Origin: Octopus sinensis
Lineage: Eukaryota
Direction: 5' to 3'
NCBI RefSeq assembly: GCF_006345805.1
Contig: NC_043013.1
Location: 8,742,001 to 8,806,000 of the forward strand
Length of the DNA: 64,000 nt
Positions 38,214 through 51,402 of this stretch are shown piece by piece. The notes beneath the pieces are model-generated. The model saw only the letters and a program-made list of their open reading frames with translations, made no database searches and was not told where the DNA came from. Both the position numbers and the translations under genes were made by a program. Positions within the stretch are counted from its first letter, which is position 1, and every line of letters begins with the position of its first letter.

Positions 38214-39309
38214 GAATGGCTTTGTGAAATATGTGAGGCAAATGGTTGGAAGCATGACCAATCACCAATAATTTGGAGAGAATTGGTTGATCGAGGTGGA
38301 AAAGTGTTTTAATTGGTGGATCGAATGAATTTGAAGAATATGCATACGGCTACTATATGGCGTTACTATTGATTTGGACGGCAAAAGTATGAAAATCATT
38401 GCTTATGAAAATCAAACCACTAAAATCGAACTTGATGAAGAAGAAAAAGAAAGGATAAGAAACGAAAAATTCATTAAAGTGTGCATAACAAATGCTAGTA
38501 GCCCAGTTTGTTTCAGTTTGGTCGACAGTTTACTCTCAGGGAAAATATTTGGTGAAGAGAAAATTTCATTGTGTCTTCTGGACTGCGATCCAGCACAGAC
38601 AGCTGAATTGCAATACATCGCTGAAAATATACAAAACATGGCTTATGGACTTCTGTATTTGAATGTCTTTGTTACATCTGACTGTGAAAAAGCTTTTAAA
38701 GGAAGTAGAATTATTATCTTTTTGGATGAGGTAGAAAGGAAAGAAGAGAAAAAGTACACATCGGTGGACGGAAAGAAACGCTGTTCTTTTGGGTTTTATG
38801 GGACAACTCTGTTGAAAGTTGCCAAAAGTGACACGTTGCTATTAGTTGCAGGAAATAATTACATGTGTTTAATATTAGCATATTAAATGAGATTGTTTCT
38901 CACATTTCATCCAGAAATATTATTGGTGTTTCAAAAGTAATTGAAAACCAGGCCAAATCTGTTTTAGCTGAAAAACTGCCAGCAAGCAGCTGCTCCATTG
39001 ATAACGTTGTTATATTGGGAAGTATCAGCAATGATTATTTGATAGAATTGGACAAGACTTTAGTTAGAGAGTTTGATTGTGCAGTTGTTGGTCCAGCTAC
39101 ATTCTCTCAGCCATTAAATGATATTTTCATCAACAAGCTGGCTCAAGAAGGAGTATGTAAATGAAGTCAGTTCAAGAAAACACGTCAATGAAATGAATTT
39201 ACAACACCCTACCTACCATCTCATTGGTCATGCCATAACAACAACATTAAATTACTGGTGGAATGGTTTTCATCAAATGCCATATTCTCTGCGACTCTTA
39301 TATCCGATG
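38214..39309 (+). CDS. MDH1B: MDH1B exon 3, in-line copy (9 small indels relative to the intact copy as assembled)
   Basis: cag|GAATGG acceptor and GATG|gtaagc donor; 1096 nt versus 1099 nt for the inverted copy; indels fall in homopolymer or dinucleotide runs, so this may be assembly error or pseudogenisation. Confidence 0.85.
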
Positions 39310-39784
39310 GTAAGCAAAATTCTTCCGTATTTAATCTTAATTCATTTCGGTTACAGTCAGCGTTAAATTCTTTAGAAACGAAAGTTCCAGTTTAGTTCTT
39401 TAGAGAGCATTTTTTTTTAACAGCTAGTCATGAAATTTATGACGACAACGAAATCATCATCATCATCATCATCACCATCATCATCAGCATCATTATCCAG
39501 TCACTGCCTGGAATCAAACCCGGAATCTCGGGGTTAGTAGCCTGCACTCTTAACCACTATGCCATATGCCCGTGAGCAACTATGGAGTAAATTTTAGGGC
39601 TTATAACTCTAATATTCTCCTATCCTTCCTAATTACCGGTTCCCATATGCTGTTCATTTCTGCACTCGATCTGCTAACGAGGTTGTTGTGTCCTAGCATT
39701 TGTGCTGCTTCTTTTGGTTTCCAGATTTTCCAGTACACTTAATTGAAAATGAGTACCAAAAATACTAGTTTCCATGTGTGTGTC

Positions 39785-39816
<32 letters not shown>

Positions 39817-40122
39817 TATGTGTGTGTATTTGCACAAGTGTGTGTGTATTTGTATATGTTCTTTCTTTTGTTCTTTTATTTGTTTCAGTCATTTGACTGT
39901 GGCCATGCTGGAGCATCACCTTTAGTGAAACAAATCGACCCCGGGACTTATTCTTTGTAAGTCAAGTCCAGCACTCATTCTATCGGTCTCTTTTGCTGAA
40001 CTGCTAATTTACGAGGGTGTAGACACACCAACATTGGTTGTTAAGCGATGGTGGAGAGACAAACACAGATACACAAATACACAGACACACACACACACAC
40101 ATGCACACACACACACACACAT

Positions 40123-40161
<39 letters not shown>

Positions 40162-40335
40162 ACAAAGTACACACATACATACGACAGACTTCTTTCAGTT
40201 TCTGTCTACCAAATCCACCCACCAGGTTTTGATTGGCCTGAGGCTATAGTAGAAGACACTTGCCCAAGGTGCCATGCAGTGGGACTGAACCTGGAGTCAT
40301 GAGATTGGGAAGCAAGCTTCTTTCCACACAGCACT

Positions 40336-40378
<43 letters not shown>

Positions 40379-41644
40379 CATCATCATCATCGTTTAATGT
40401 CCGCCCTCCATGCTGGCATGGGTTGGACGGTTTGAGTGAGGACTGGTGAGGCAGAGGCTGCACCAGACTCCAATCTGATCTGGCAAAATTTCTACAGCTG
40501 GATGCCCTTCCTAATGCCAACCACTCTGAGAGTGTAGTGGGTGCTTTTACGTACCACTGGCACAAGGGCCAGTCAGGCAGTTCTGGCAACAACTATGCTC
40601 AAAAGGTGTTTTTGCATGCTACTTGCATGGGAGCCAGTCCAGTGGCACTGGCAACGACCACGCTCAATTGTCGTTTTCCACGTGCCACCGGCACATGTGC
40701 CGATAAAGCGCCGCTGGCAACAGTCATGCTCGAATGGTGCGTTTCACATGTTTCCAGCACAGGAGCCAATCCGAGGCCCTGACAACGATCATGCTCAGAT
40801 GTACTTTTAACATTCCACTGGCATGAGGGCCAATCAGGCTCTACTATCATTGGCCACGTCAGCGATTTTGCTTTGTTTTGTTTACACTTACCTCAATAGG
40901 TTTTCGCAAGCAAAGTTCATTGTCCAATATATATATAGTTGCAAAAACGAATAGAAATGGCTTTTCTGAAAAATTTTCCACTTCGATAATTAGATGTTTG
41001 TGATAAAAATAACCTTTTGTAAACATCTAATTATTGAAGTGGAAAAATGATCAGAAAAGCAATTTCTATTCATTTTTTCAAATATATAATACTGTACCTT
41101 TCTTGTTCTACTACTACACACACATAGGCACAGGAGTGGCTGTGTGGTAAGTAGCTTGCCACATGGTTCCAGGTTCATTCCCACTGCGTGGCACCTTGGA
41201 CAAGTGTGTTCTACTATAGCCTCGGGCCAACCAAAGCCTTGTGAGTGGACTTGGTAGACAGAAACTGAAAGAAATCCGTTGTATATATATATGTGTGTAT
41301 ATGTTTGTGTGTCTGTGTTTGTCCCCCCAACATCGCTTGACAACCAATGGTGGTGTGTTTACATCCCAGTAACTTATTGGTTCTGCAAAAGAGACCGATA
41401 GAATAAGTACTAGGCTTACAAAGAATAAGTCCTGTGGTCGATTTGCTCGACTAAAAGCGGTGCTCCAGCATGGCCACAGTCAAATGACTGAAACAAGTAA
41501 AGAGAAACACACAAATATACAATATACAGCATGGAGCATGGACATTAAATGATGATATATATATATATATCTGTCTGTCTATCTATCTATATATCTATCC
41601 AGCTATCTATCTATCGATCGATCAATAGATAGGTAGATAGATAA

Positions 41645-42110
41645 CTTTCTTTATTGGCCACACAGGGCGGAACACAGAGGGGACAAATACAAATGTAGAG
41701 CTTTTCTTTTTGAAAATGAAAAAGAAAAAAGGAAAAAAACAGAAAAAAAAGTAAAATTCTGATCAAAAGGGTCGGGGAAAAAAAAAGGGCAATCAAAAGA
41801 GATTGTGTATCACAAAAGAAATTTTTAAAATGTAAGAAGCAAGATTAGGTTTATCCATGGAAAGAAAAGCCTATGGAAAAGGCCACAGTAACCTCAGGGA
41901 GGGAGGGAATAAACACATGAGAGCAAAGTGCTCTCTCTCTGTTTTTGATTTACAAGATTATGCTCAAAGTGGTTTTGTCACTTGCACGCACCATCTTTGC
42001 TACATTCACCCACCTTTTTTCGAAACTTTCACGAGACAAAACCTGCCTCTCCATTCTCATCTTCCTTTTCAAGTGGTACCTGAAAAAGTTGATGAGTGAT
42101 ACTCTAGACC
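41645..42110 (-). mobile_element. L1/Tx1-like LINE 3' remnant
   Basis: Minus strand reads INFFRYHLKRKMRMERQVLSRESFEKRW, resembling Tx1/L1 ORF2 C-termini. Confidence 0.4.
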
Positions 42111-42417
42111 TCATAACCTGACTCTAGACTTCCTAACCTGCATTTAAAAGCTCATATCATTATTTGGTTACCACATGATATCCTACATCGGGGTATATTC
42201 TAGGGCTGAATGCACATGTGGAATTCTGCTCTACATTAGATTGACACAAGGATAATATAACATGGGGTTGGAGGATAATAAGCTTTAACTGTAGATCACA
42301 ACATTTATTTCTTCCTTGCATGAAAGCTTTAAGTTGCTTTGTTTATATTCCAACCACTGACATAGCATTCTTGATGAAAACAAAGCTGTTTAGAAATACT
42401 TTCTTTTCTATTACCAG

Positions 42418-42548
42418 GTTGGTATGGTGTTCCAGAAGGCATCGCTTTTTCATTCCCAGTAGCATTTTATCTACCATTAGCATATTCTGTCATTGAAAAT
42501 CTGAGTATATCTGAAAAATGCAGAGAAGATATGGATTTAATAATCGAA
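42418..42548 (+). CDS. MDH1B: MDH1B coding exon 4
   Basis: ccag| ... |gtaagt; (G)WYGVPEGIAFSFPV... matches the MDH-family YGVP.G..FSFPV motif; 131 nt, phase 1 to 0. Confidence 0.9.
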
Positions 42549-43029
42549 GTAAGTATCTTGGATTTTTTTTTCTCTATTTTGGTTTTTAATCTCTAAACAT
42601 TTAAATCCTTTTGTTACCAACCCGGCTGAAACCGGCTCTGGCTCTGACTACAAATGTCTTGTTTTCATAAGTTTTAAATTAAAATCTTCCACCAAACCTT
42701 AGTCACAATTTATGTTCCTAACACTAGCTTAATGATAACTAAGTTATTTTACTCAATTCTTTGTTATATTTAAAGTAATTGAAAGAAACAAAAATCATCT
42801 TAAAATAAATGCAGTAACGAAAGGGTTGAATCCTTTTGCAACCATATCAATTATGAAATTCGCTATCCATGATAGATTTAGGAAAACAATCTATCTCTAG
42901 GTTATTAAGATGGTGTTTGGAATATACCAAAAATGTTCTTTGATAAAATTATGCCAAAAAGGTTATACACTTGCCCAAGATGCCACGCAGTGGGACTGAA
43001 CCTGGAACCATGTATAAACAGTTTGAAAT

Positions 43030-44150
43030 GCCAACCACTTTACAGCGTGTACTGGATGCTGTTGTAAGGGGAGATCACTCTGTAGAGCACAAGACTTGAA
43101 CTGACCGGGTTACAGTGGAGGATCCCTTTCAGCTGAATGAAGATACAGTTGAGAAGTGGCTTTGAGCTAGATGAGAGTTTGAAGTATGAAAAAGGAACCA
43201 GAACTAAAGAGGTTTCTTTGGGTGTGGTCATCAGCATATAGCAGTTCCCACAGGTATTTGCTCTTAAATTCTTCCATTGTTGCCTGGATAATTGTGATGA
43301 ATAGAAAAGGCAACTGTGAACCAAATCCTGATGAACTCCTGTCTGTACTCTAAACTCATCATTGTACTCATAGCTAAACTCTCACCTTACTAACAGCATC
43401 TCTGTACATGTCTTTTATGGTTCTCACAAGCCATTCTTCCACTAACTAGCTCTCTCAACAAGTAGCATGCAAAAACACCTTTTGAGCATAGTTGTTGCCA
43501 GAACTGCCTGACTGGCCCTTGTGCCAGTGGTACATAAAAGCACCCACTACACTCTCAGAGTGGTTGGCATTAGGAAGGGCATCTAGCTGTAGAAACTCTG
43601 CCAGATCAGATTGGAGTCTGGTGCAGCCTCTGCCTCACCAGTCCTCAGTCAAACCGTCCAACCCATGCCAGCATGGAGGGCGGACGTTAAATGATGATGA
43701 TGATGATGTATATATATATGGAGTGCTGTGTGGAAAGAAGCTTGCTTCCCAATCTCATGATTCCAGGTTCAGTCCCACTGCATGGCACCTTGGGCAAACC
43801 ACAAGACCACAAAGTGAGAAATCCTGAAGACAGCTTAGTACAACAGCTTACTTTTAGCTTAGTACTTCTCCTGCACACTAGTCTCATTCATAGCACTTTC
43901 GTCCCCGGCACAAAATCAAACCACATCTCATCTACTCTCTCTCTTTCTTTCTCCAATTAATTGAGCTATGACTCTTTCCATAGCTTTCTCGACCTAGTCC
44001 AGCTGTTTGATGCCTCTGTAGTTACTTCAATCTGTGGCAGACCCTTTACTTTTGTAGCAGTTGTCTTCGATGCTGTTTAACCAGTCATTCGGTATGACAT
44101 CTTCCTGTATAACCTCATTCACTATACTAATAACTAGGGTTTATCCTGTT
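43030..44150 (-). mobile_element. Old degenerate RTE LINE fragment
   Basis: Minus strand reads IPNDW...NYRGIK...MERVIAQLI and LFITIIQATMEEF...WELLYADD; split by the 43459-43797 insertion. Confidence 0.75.
43459..43797. repeat. 339-bp inverted copy of 40260-40625
   Basis: Reverse complement of the locus-specific RTE-tail/(TA)n/SINE junction; CAA occurs at both ends. Confidence 0.85.
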
Positions 44151-44436
44151 CCTCCACACCCACACTCACACACACACACACACACACACACACATCATCC
44201 TCAACATCCATATCATGATCATCATTATCATCATCATCATTATCATCATCATTGTCATCATTTAAATGGTGGTGGTAGTGGTGGTGGTGGTGGTGGTAGT
44301 GGTGGTGATGATGTGTATGTGTGTGTGTCTATGTATTTATGAAGCAGAAGTCTTCTTTCTTCATGCATCATTTTACATATGAAACCTTCATTTTGGTCAC
44401 TGGTGTACATTAATTAATATGTTATATTTTTGACAG

Positions 44437-44611
44437 AACTTGGTAAAAGATAGAGCCTTGTTTGTAGTCAAGGATGGAAAATTGATCTCAAAAGTTGTGT
44501 CTGTTGAATCATTACCAGAATCAGAAGATACTGATTACTCAGCGTTTATGAGTTCCAGAACACCGTCCAGTCAAAGAAGTGACGTCTTAAGCTTTCTCTT
44601 GGAAGAAATGG
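44437..44611 (+). CDS. MDH1B: MDH1B coding exon 5
   Basis: ttttgacag|AAC...ATGG|gtaagg; open NLVKDRALF...FLLEEM; 175 nt, phase 0 to 1, compatible with both neighbours. Confidence 0.8.
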
Positions 44612-44918
44612 GTAAGGCAAAAAAAGAAAAAATATCGAGGCTTACTAGTTTTGCTATCAAATTACACAAAGGTGGTGAGCTGGCAGAGTCGTTACCAAGC
44701 TGGGGGAAATGCTAAGTGACCTTAGTTCTGAGTTCGAATGCCATTAAGGTCGACTTTGCATTTTATCTTTTGGGGCTCAATAAAATAAGTACCAGTTGAG
44801 TACTGGGGCTGATGTAATCACCTTACCCCTCCCTCAAAATTGCTGGCCTTGTGCCAACATCTGAAACTGTTATTAAATTACTTGAAAGCAGTGAGATGGC
44901 AGAATTAGTATCACACTA

Positions 44919-45320
44919 AGGCGGCGAGCTGGCAGAAACGTTAGCACACTGGGCGAAATGCTTAGCAGTATTTCGTCTGCCACTACGTTCTGAGTTCAAA
45001 TTCTGCCGAGGTCGACTTTGCCTTTAATCCTTTCAGGGTCGATAAACTAAGTACCAGTTATGCACTGGGGTTGATATAATCGACTTAGTCCGTTTGTCTG
45101 TCCTTGCTTGTCCTCTCTGTGTTTATCCCCTTGTGGACAGTAAAGAAATAGGTATTTCATCTGTCTTTACATTCTGTGTTCAAATTCTGCTGAGGTCGAC
45201 TTTACCTTTTATCCTTTCAGGGTTAATAAATTAACTACCAGTTGCGTACTGCGGTCGATCTAATCGACTGGCCCCCTCCCCCCAAATTTCTGGCCTTGTG
45301 CCTAGAGTAGAAAAGAATAT
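44919..45320 (+). mobile_element. SINE family B with duplicated 184-bp body
   Basis: GGCGGCGAGCTGGCAGAAACGTTAG head; the body GTATTTC(G/A)TCTG starts at ~44968 and ~45152. Other family-B copies at ~1960-2125(-), 29291-29405, 61183-61410 and 62370-62520(-). Confidence 0.75.
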
Positions 45321-45892
45321 TTACCAAGAGAGAAAACCCTCATATGGTTAACTGGTGCACAAAGGCACGTCATATCTATCACCAGTGGCAGACAATCAAC
45401 ACTACTTCCACTGCTCAGACCATCACATCATATGATTTTGGCCTGATTGGGCTTTTTCAATATAACCATATGGATGTTTTGTCTCTCGGTAAATATTGCA
45501 GTATTTAATTGTTTTAATGCAAATTTCACTTTTAAGTAGTGAATATTTTACCTTTGGTTCTTAATATTACCTCTGTCACTCTATTTTCTAATAAGCCCAC
45601 TGGCCTTTAGCAACATCAGTGCCAGTTATGGCTCTGTATTTCTATGTATATTGCTAGCATGGCAGTTACTGCTATTTCCAGCTATTTGGTGTCCATCACT
45701 GAAATGGCCAAATGAGGCTGAAATCACGTGATCTGGTAGTCCAAGCAGTAGAAGTAGTAGTGATTGTCTACTGCTGGCGATAACTATGATGTGCTTCTAT
45801 GCACCATATAAGCATATGAGAGTTTTCTCCCTTGGTAAATATTACAGCATTTGTGTTCTAATGCAACGCCCTCTTTTAAGTGGTGAATATTT

Positions 45893-45942
<50 letters not shown>

Positions 45943-47368
45943 AGGTGCAGGAGTGGCTGTGTGGTAAGTAGCTTGCTTACCAACCACATGGTTCCGGGTT
46001 CAGTCCCACAGCGTGGCACCTTGGGCAAGTGTATTCTACTATAGCCTCGGGCTGACCAAAGCCTTGTGAGTGGATTTGGTGGACGGAAACTGAAAGAAAC
46101 CCGTCGTATATATGTATATGTATATATATATGTGTGTGTGTGTGTTTGTGTGTCTGTGTTTGTTCCCCCGTATCTTATGGTGTGTTTACGGCCCCCGTAT
46201 CTTAGCGGTTCGGCAAAAAAGACCAATAGAATAAGTTTTAGGCTTACTAGGAATAAATCCTGGGGTTGATTTGCTCAACTAAGGGCAGTGCTCCAGCATG
46301 GCCGCAGTCAAATGACTGAAACAAGTAAAAGAGTAAAGAGAGAATATGAATTATACAATAGCTGAAGTGTACATTATTATAATATCCATCAATACCAATC
46401 TTACCAGTTGGTTTTGCACCAGAGATTCAAAAGAGTGTTAGGTAACAATCCAATCATGTAACCCTACACTCTTCATAGCTACATACAATTTATATCTGGA
46501 TATTTCTACTTTTCTATTCAGTGTTTACTTCACTAAAGCACCTCTTTTGTTTTTAATGAAATACAGAGCTAGTCAAAGTGCCATGTCAGAGAATTGCCTT
46601 TGATGTTCATGTTTGGTTTGCATGCTAGCAGGAGTTAGAGGGTAGGAGTGAAGTACAGAGATGTAGATGTGGTGGTGTGGTGGTGGTGGTGGTAGGTGGT
46701 GGGTGGAGAATCATTCAGGAGATTAATTGATTACTCTTTTACTCTTTTACTTGTTTCAGTCATTTGACTGCGGCCATGCTGGAGCACCACCTTTAGTCGA
46801 GGAAATCGACCCCGGGACTTATTCTTTGTAAGCCCAGTACTTATTCTATCGGTCTCTTTTGCTGAACCGCTAAGTGACGGGGACGTAAACACACCAGCAT
46901 CGGTTGTCAAGCAATGCTAGGGGGACAAACACAAACACACACACATACACGTATATATATATATATCATCATCATCATCATCATCATTTAGCGTCCGTTT
47001 TCCATGCTAGCATGGGTTGGACGGTTCAACTGGGGTCTGGGGAGCCCGAAGGCTGCACCAGGCCAGTCAGATCTGACAGTGTTTCTACAGCTGGATGCCC
47101 TTCCTAACGCCAACCACTCCGAGAGTGTAGTGGGTGATTTTATGTGCCACCGACACATATACATATATACGACAGGCTTCTTTCAGTTTCCGTCTACCAA
47201 ATCCACTCACAAGGCATTGGTCAGCCCGGGGCTATAGTAGAACACACTTGCCCAAGATGCCATGCAGTGGGGCTGAACCCGGAACCATGTGGTGGATAGC
47301 AAGCTACTTACCACACAGCCACTCCTGATTGATTGCTTTTTATATATATATTTTTTTTTCTAATTCAG

Positions 47369-47592
47369 TTGAAGAACAAGAAGCACTGGAGAGGAGACAT
47401 ACGAAAATGTCCGCATCCTCAATGCCCCGTGGGAGCCTAGACAGTGAGCACGACTTGGAGCTTGAAAATCTAGACGCTATAATGCCTGAAGAAGAGGTGG
47501 AAGAGGAAATTTCAGAAACTGCATTAAATACTGAAGATATTGAGATAGAAGATAATAATAATAATCCACCAGCAGAAGAAACTGAACAATAA
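47369..47592 (+). CDS. MDH1B: MDH1B terminal coding exon 6 (copy 1)
   Basis: T-rich tract and ttcag|TT completing GTT (Val); acidic tail ...PPAEETEQ*; total CDS with the intact exon 3 is 1764 nt = 587 aa + stop. Confidence 0.78.
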
Positions 47593-47716
47593 TTAGTTTA
47601 TAATCTAAACTAAAATATTTTATTATTGAAAAAGATCAAAATATTTCTAGTTTTTATATTTCATTTTGATTATGATTTTTTTCTTCTTATTTCTTGTGGT
47701 GCTGGAGATAATGGGT

Positions 47717-48313
47717 AAGGCGGCAAGCTGGCAGAAACGTTAGCACGCTGGGTGAAATGCATAGCCGTATTTCGTCTGCCGTTACGTTCTGAGTTCAAAT
47801 TCCACCGAGGTCGACTTTGCCTTTCATCCTTTCGAGGTCGATAAATAAAGTACCAGTTTCGCACTGGGGTTGATGTAATCGACTTAATCCATTTGTCTGT
47901 CTTTGTTTGTCCTCTCTGTGTTTAGCCCCTTGTGGGTAATAAAGAAATAGGTATTTCGTCTGCCGTTACGTTCTGAGTTCAAATTCCACCGAGGTCGACT
48001 TTGCCTTTCATCCTTTTAAGGTCGATAAATAAAGTACCAGTTTCGCACTGGGGCTGATGTAATCAACTTAATCCCTTTGTCTGCCTTTGTTTGTCCTCTC
48101 TGTGTTTAGCCCCTTGTGGGTAATAAAGAAATAGGTATTTCGTCTGCCGTTACGTTCTGAGTTCAAATTCCACCGAGGTTGACTTTGCCTTTCATCCTTT
48201 CGAGGTTGATAAATAAAGTACCAGTTTTGCACTGGGGTTGATGTAATCGACTTAATCCCTTTGTCTGTCTTTGTTTGTCCCCTCTATGTTTAGCCCCTTG
48301 TGGGTAGTAAAGA
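47717..48313 (+). repeat. SINE family B concatemer: one head + three 184-bp bodies
   Basis: GTATTTCGTCTGCCGTTACG at 47767, 47951 and 48135; duplicated at 50359-50955. Confidence 0.9.
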
Positions 48314-48559
48314 AATATATATTATATTTTGCAGCATACAATCTAAATTTTTCAAGCCAAAATTTACAGCCAAAAATGAGGTACGAGGGACGTTCAATAA
48401 GTAATCCCCCTGACCCACTTGCAGTTGGAAGGGCATCCAGCTGTAGAAACTCTGCCAGATCAGATTGGAGTCTGGTGCAGCCTCTGCCTCACCAGTCCTC
48501 AGTCAAACCGACCAACCCATGCCAGCATGGAGGGCGGACGTTAAACGATGATGATGATG

Positions 48560-48603
<44 letters not shown>

Positions 48604-50010
48604 AGTGCTGTATGGAAAGGAGCTTGCTTCCCAACCTAATGATTCCAGGTTCATTCCCACTGCATGGCACCTTGGGCAAGTGTCTTCTTCTATAGCCTCA
48701 GGTCAATCAAAACCTTGTGAGTGGATTTGGTAGGCAGAAACTGAAAGAAGTCTGTCATATGTATGTGTGTGTGTGTGTGTGTGTGTTTGTGTGTCTGTGT
48801 TTGTTCCCCCGTATCTTATGGTGTGTTTACGGCCCCCGTATCTTAGCGGTTCGGCAAAAAAGACCAATAGAATAAGTTTTAGGCTTACTAGGAATAAATC
48901 CTGGGGTTGATTTGCTCAACTAAGGGCAGTGCTCCAGCATGGCCGCAGTCAAATGACTGAAACAAGTAAAAGAGTAAAGAGAGAATATGAATTATACAAT
49001 AGCTGAAGTGTACATTATTATAATATCCATCAATACCAATCTTACCAGTTGGTTTTGCACCAGAGATTCAAAAGAGTGTTAGGTAACAATCCAATCATGT
49101 AACCCTACACTCTTCATAGCTACATACAATTTATATCTGGATATTTCTACTTTTCTATTCAGTGTTTACTTCACTAAAGCACCTCTTTTGTTTTTAATGA
49201 AATACAGAGCTAGTCAAAGTGCCATGTCAGAGAATTGCCTTTGATGTTCATGTTTGGTTTGCATGCTAGCAGGAGTTAGAGGGTAGGAGTGAAGTACAGA
49301 GATGTAGATGTGGTGGTGGTGGTGGTGGTGGTAGGTGGTGGGTGGAGAATCATTCAGGAGATTAATTGATTACTCTTTTACTCTTTTACTTGTTTCAGTC
49401 ATTTGACTGCGGCCATGCTGGAGCACCACCTTTAGTCGAGGAAATCGACCCCGGGACTAATTCTTTGTAAGCCCAGTACTTATTCTATCGGTCTCTTTTG
49501 CTGAACCGCTAAGTGACGGGGACGTAAACACACCAGCATCGGTTGTCAAGCAATGCTAGGGGGACAAACACAAACACACACACATACACGTATATATATA
49601 TATATATCATCATCATCATCATCATCATTTAGCGTCCGTTTTCCATGCTAGCATGGGTTGGACGGTTCAACTGGGGTCTGGGGAGCCCGAAGGCTGCACC
49701 AGGCCAGTCAGATCTGACAGTGTTTCTACAGCTGGATGCCCTTCCTAACGCCAACCACTCCGAGAGTGTAGTGGGTGATTTTATGTGCCACCGACACATA
49801 TACATATATACGACAGGCTTCTTTCAGTTTCCGTCTACCAAATCCACTCACAAGGCATTGGTCAGCCCGGGGCTATAGTAGAACACACTTGCCCAAGATG
49901 CCATGCAGTGGGGCTGAACCCGGAACCATGTGGTTGGATAGCAAGCTACTTACCACACAGCCACTCCTGATTGATTGCTTTTTATATATATATTTTTTTT
50001 TCTAATTCAG

Positions 50011-50234
50011 TTGAAGAACAAGAAGCACTGGAGAGGAGACATACGAAAATGTCCGCATCCTCAATGCCCCGTGGGAGCCTAGACAGTGAGCACGACTTGG
50101 AGCTTGAAAATCTAGACGCTATAATGCCTGAAGAAGAGGTGGAAGAGGAAATTTCAGAAACTGCATTAAATACTGAAGATATTGAGATAGAAGATAATAA
50201 TAATAATCCACCAGCAGAAGAAACTGAACAATAA
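50011..50234 (+). CDS. MDH1B: MDH1B terminal exon 6 (copy 2, identical)
   Basis: Same acceptor and same coding sequence as 47369-47592. Confidence 0.75.
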
Positions 50235-51200
50235 TTAGTTTATAATCTAAACTAAAATATTTTATTATTGAAAAAGATCAAAATATTTCTAGTTTTTATA
50301 TTTCATTTTGATTATGATTTTTTTCTTCTTATTTCTTGTGGTGCTGGAGATAATGGGTAAGGCGGCAAGCTGGCAGAAACGTTAGCACGCTGGGTGAAAT
50401 GCATAGCCGTATTTCGTCTGCCGTTACGTTCTGAGTTCAAATTCCACCGAGGTCGACTTTGCCTTTCATCCTTTCGAGGTCGATAAATAAAGTACCAGTT
50501 TCGCACTGGGGTTGATGTAATCGACTTAATCCATTTGTCTGTCTTTGTTTGTCCTCTCTGTGTTTAGCCCCTTGTGGGTAATAAAGAAATAGGTATTTCG
50601 TCTGCCGTTACGTTCTGAGTTCAAATTCCACCGAGGTCGACTTTGCCTTTCATCCTTTTAAGGTCGATAAATAAAGTACCAGTTTCGCACTGGGGCTGAT
50701 GTAATCAACTTAATCCCTTTGTCTGCCTTTGTTTGTCCTCTCTGTGTTTAGCCCCTTGTGGGTAATAAAGAAATAGGTATTTCGTCTGCCGTTACGTTCT
50801 GAGTTCAAATTCCACCGAGGTTGACTTTGCCTTTCATCCTTTCGAGGTTGATAAATAAAGTACCAGTTTTGCACTGGGGTTGATGTAATCGACTTAATCC
50901 CTTTGTCTGTCTTTGTTTGTCCCCTCTATGTTTAGCCCCTTGTGGGTAGTAAGAAATATATATTATATTTTGCAGCATACAATCTAAATTTTTCAAGCCA
51001 AAATTTACAGCCAAAAATGAGGTACGAGGGACGTTCAATAAGTAATCCCCCTGACCCACTTGCAGTTGGAAGGGCATCCAGCTGTAGAAACTCTGCCAGA
51101 TCAGATTGGAGTCTGGTGCAGCCTCTGCCTCACCAGTCCTCAGTCAAACCGACCAACCCATGCCAGCATGGAGGGCGGACGTTAAACGATGATGATGATG

Positions 51201-51246
<46 letters not shown>

Positions 51247-51402
51247 AGTGCTGTATGGAAAGGAGCTTGCTTCCCAACCTAATGATTCCAGGTTCATTCC
51301 CACTGCATGGCACCTTGGGCAAGTGTCTTCTTCTATAGCCTCAGGTCAATCAAAACCTTGTGAGTGGATTTGGTAGGCAGAAACTGAAAGAAGTCTGTCA
51401 TA

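Noticed and set aside
47717-48313. Regularly spaced repeats resembling a CRISPR array (also 55-56.6 kb)
   Set aside because: The units repeat in full with no unique spacers, the context is eukaryotic, and they derive from SINE or LINE sequence.
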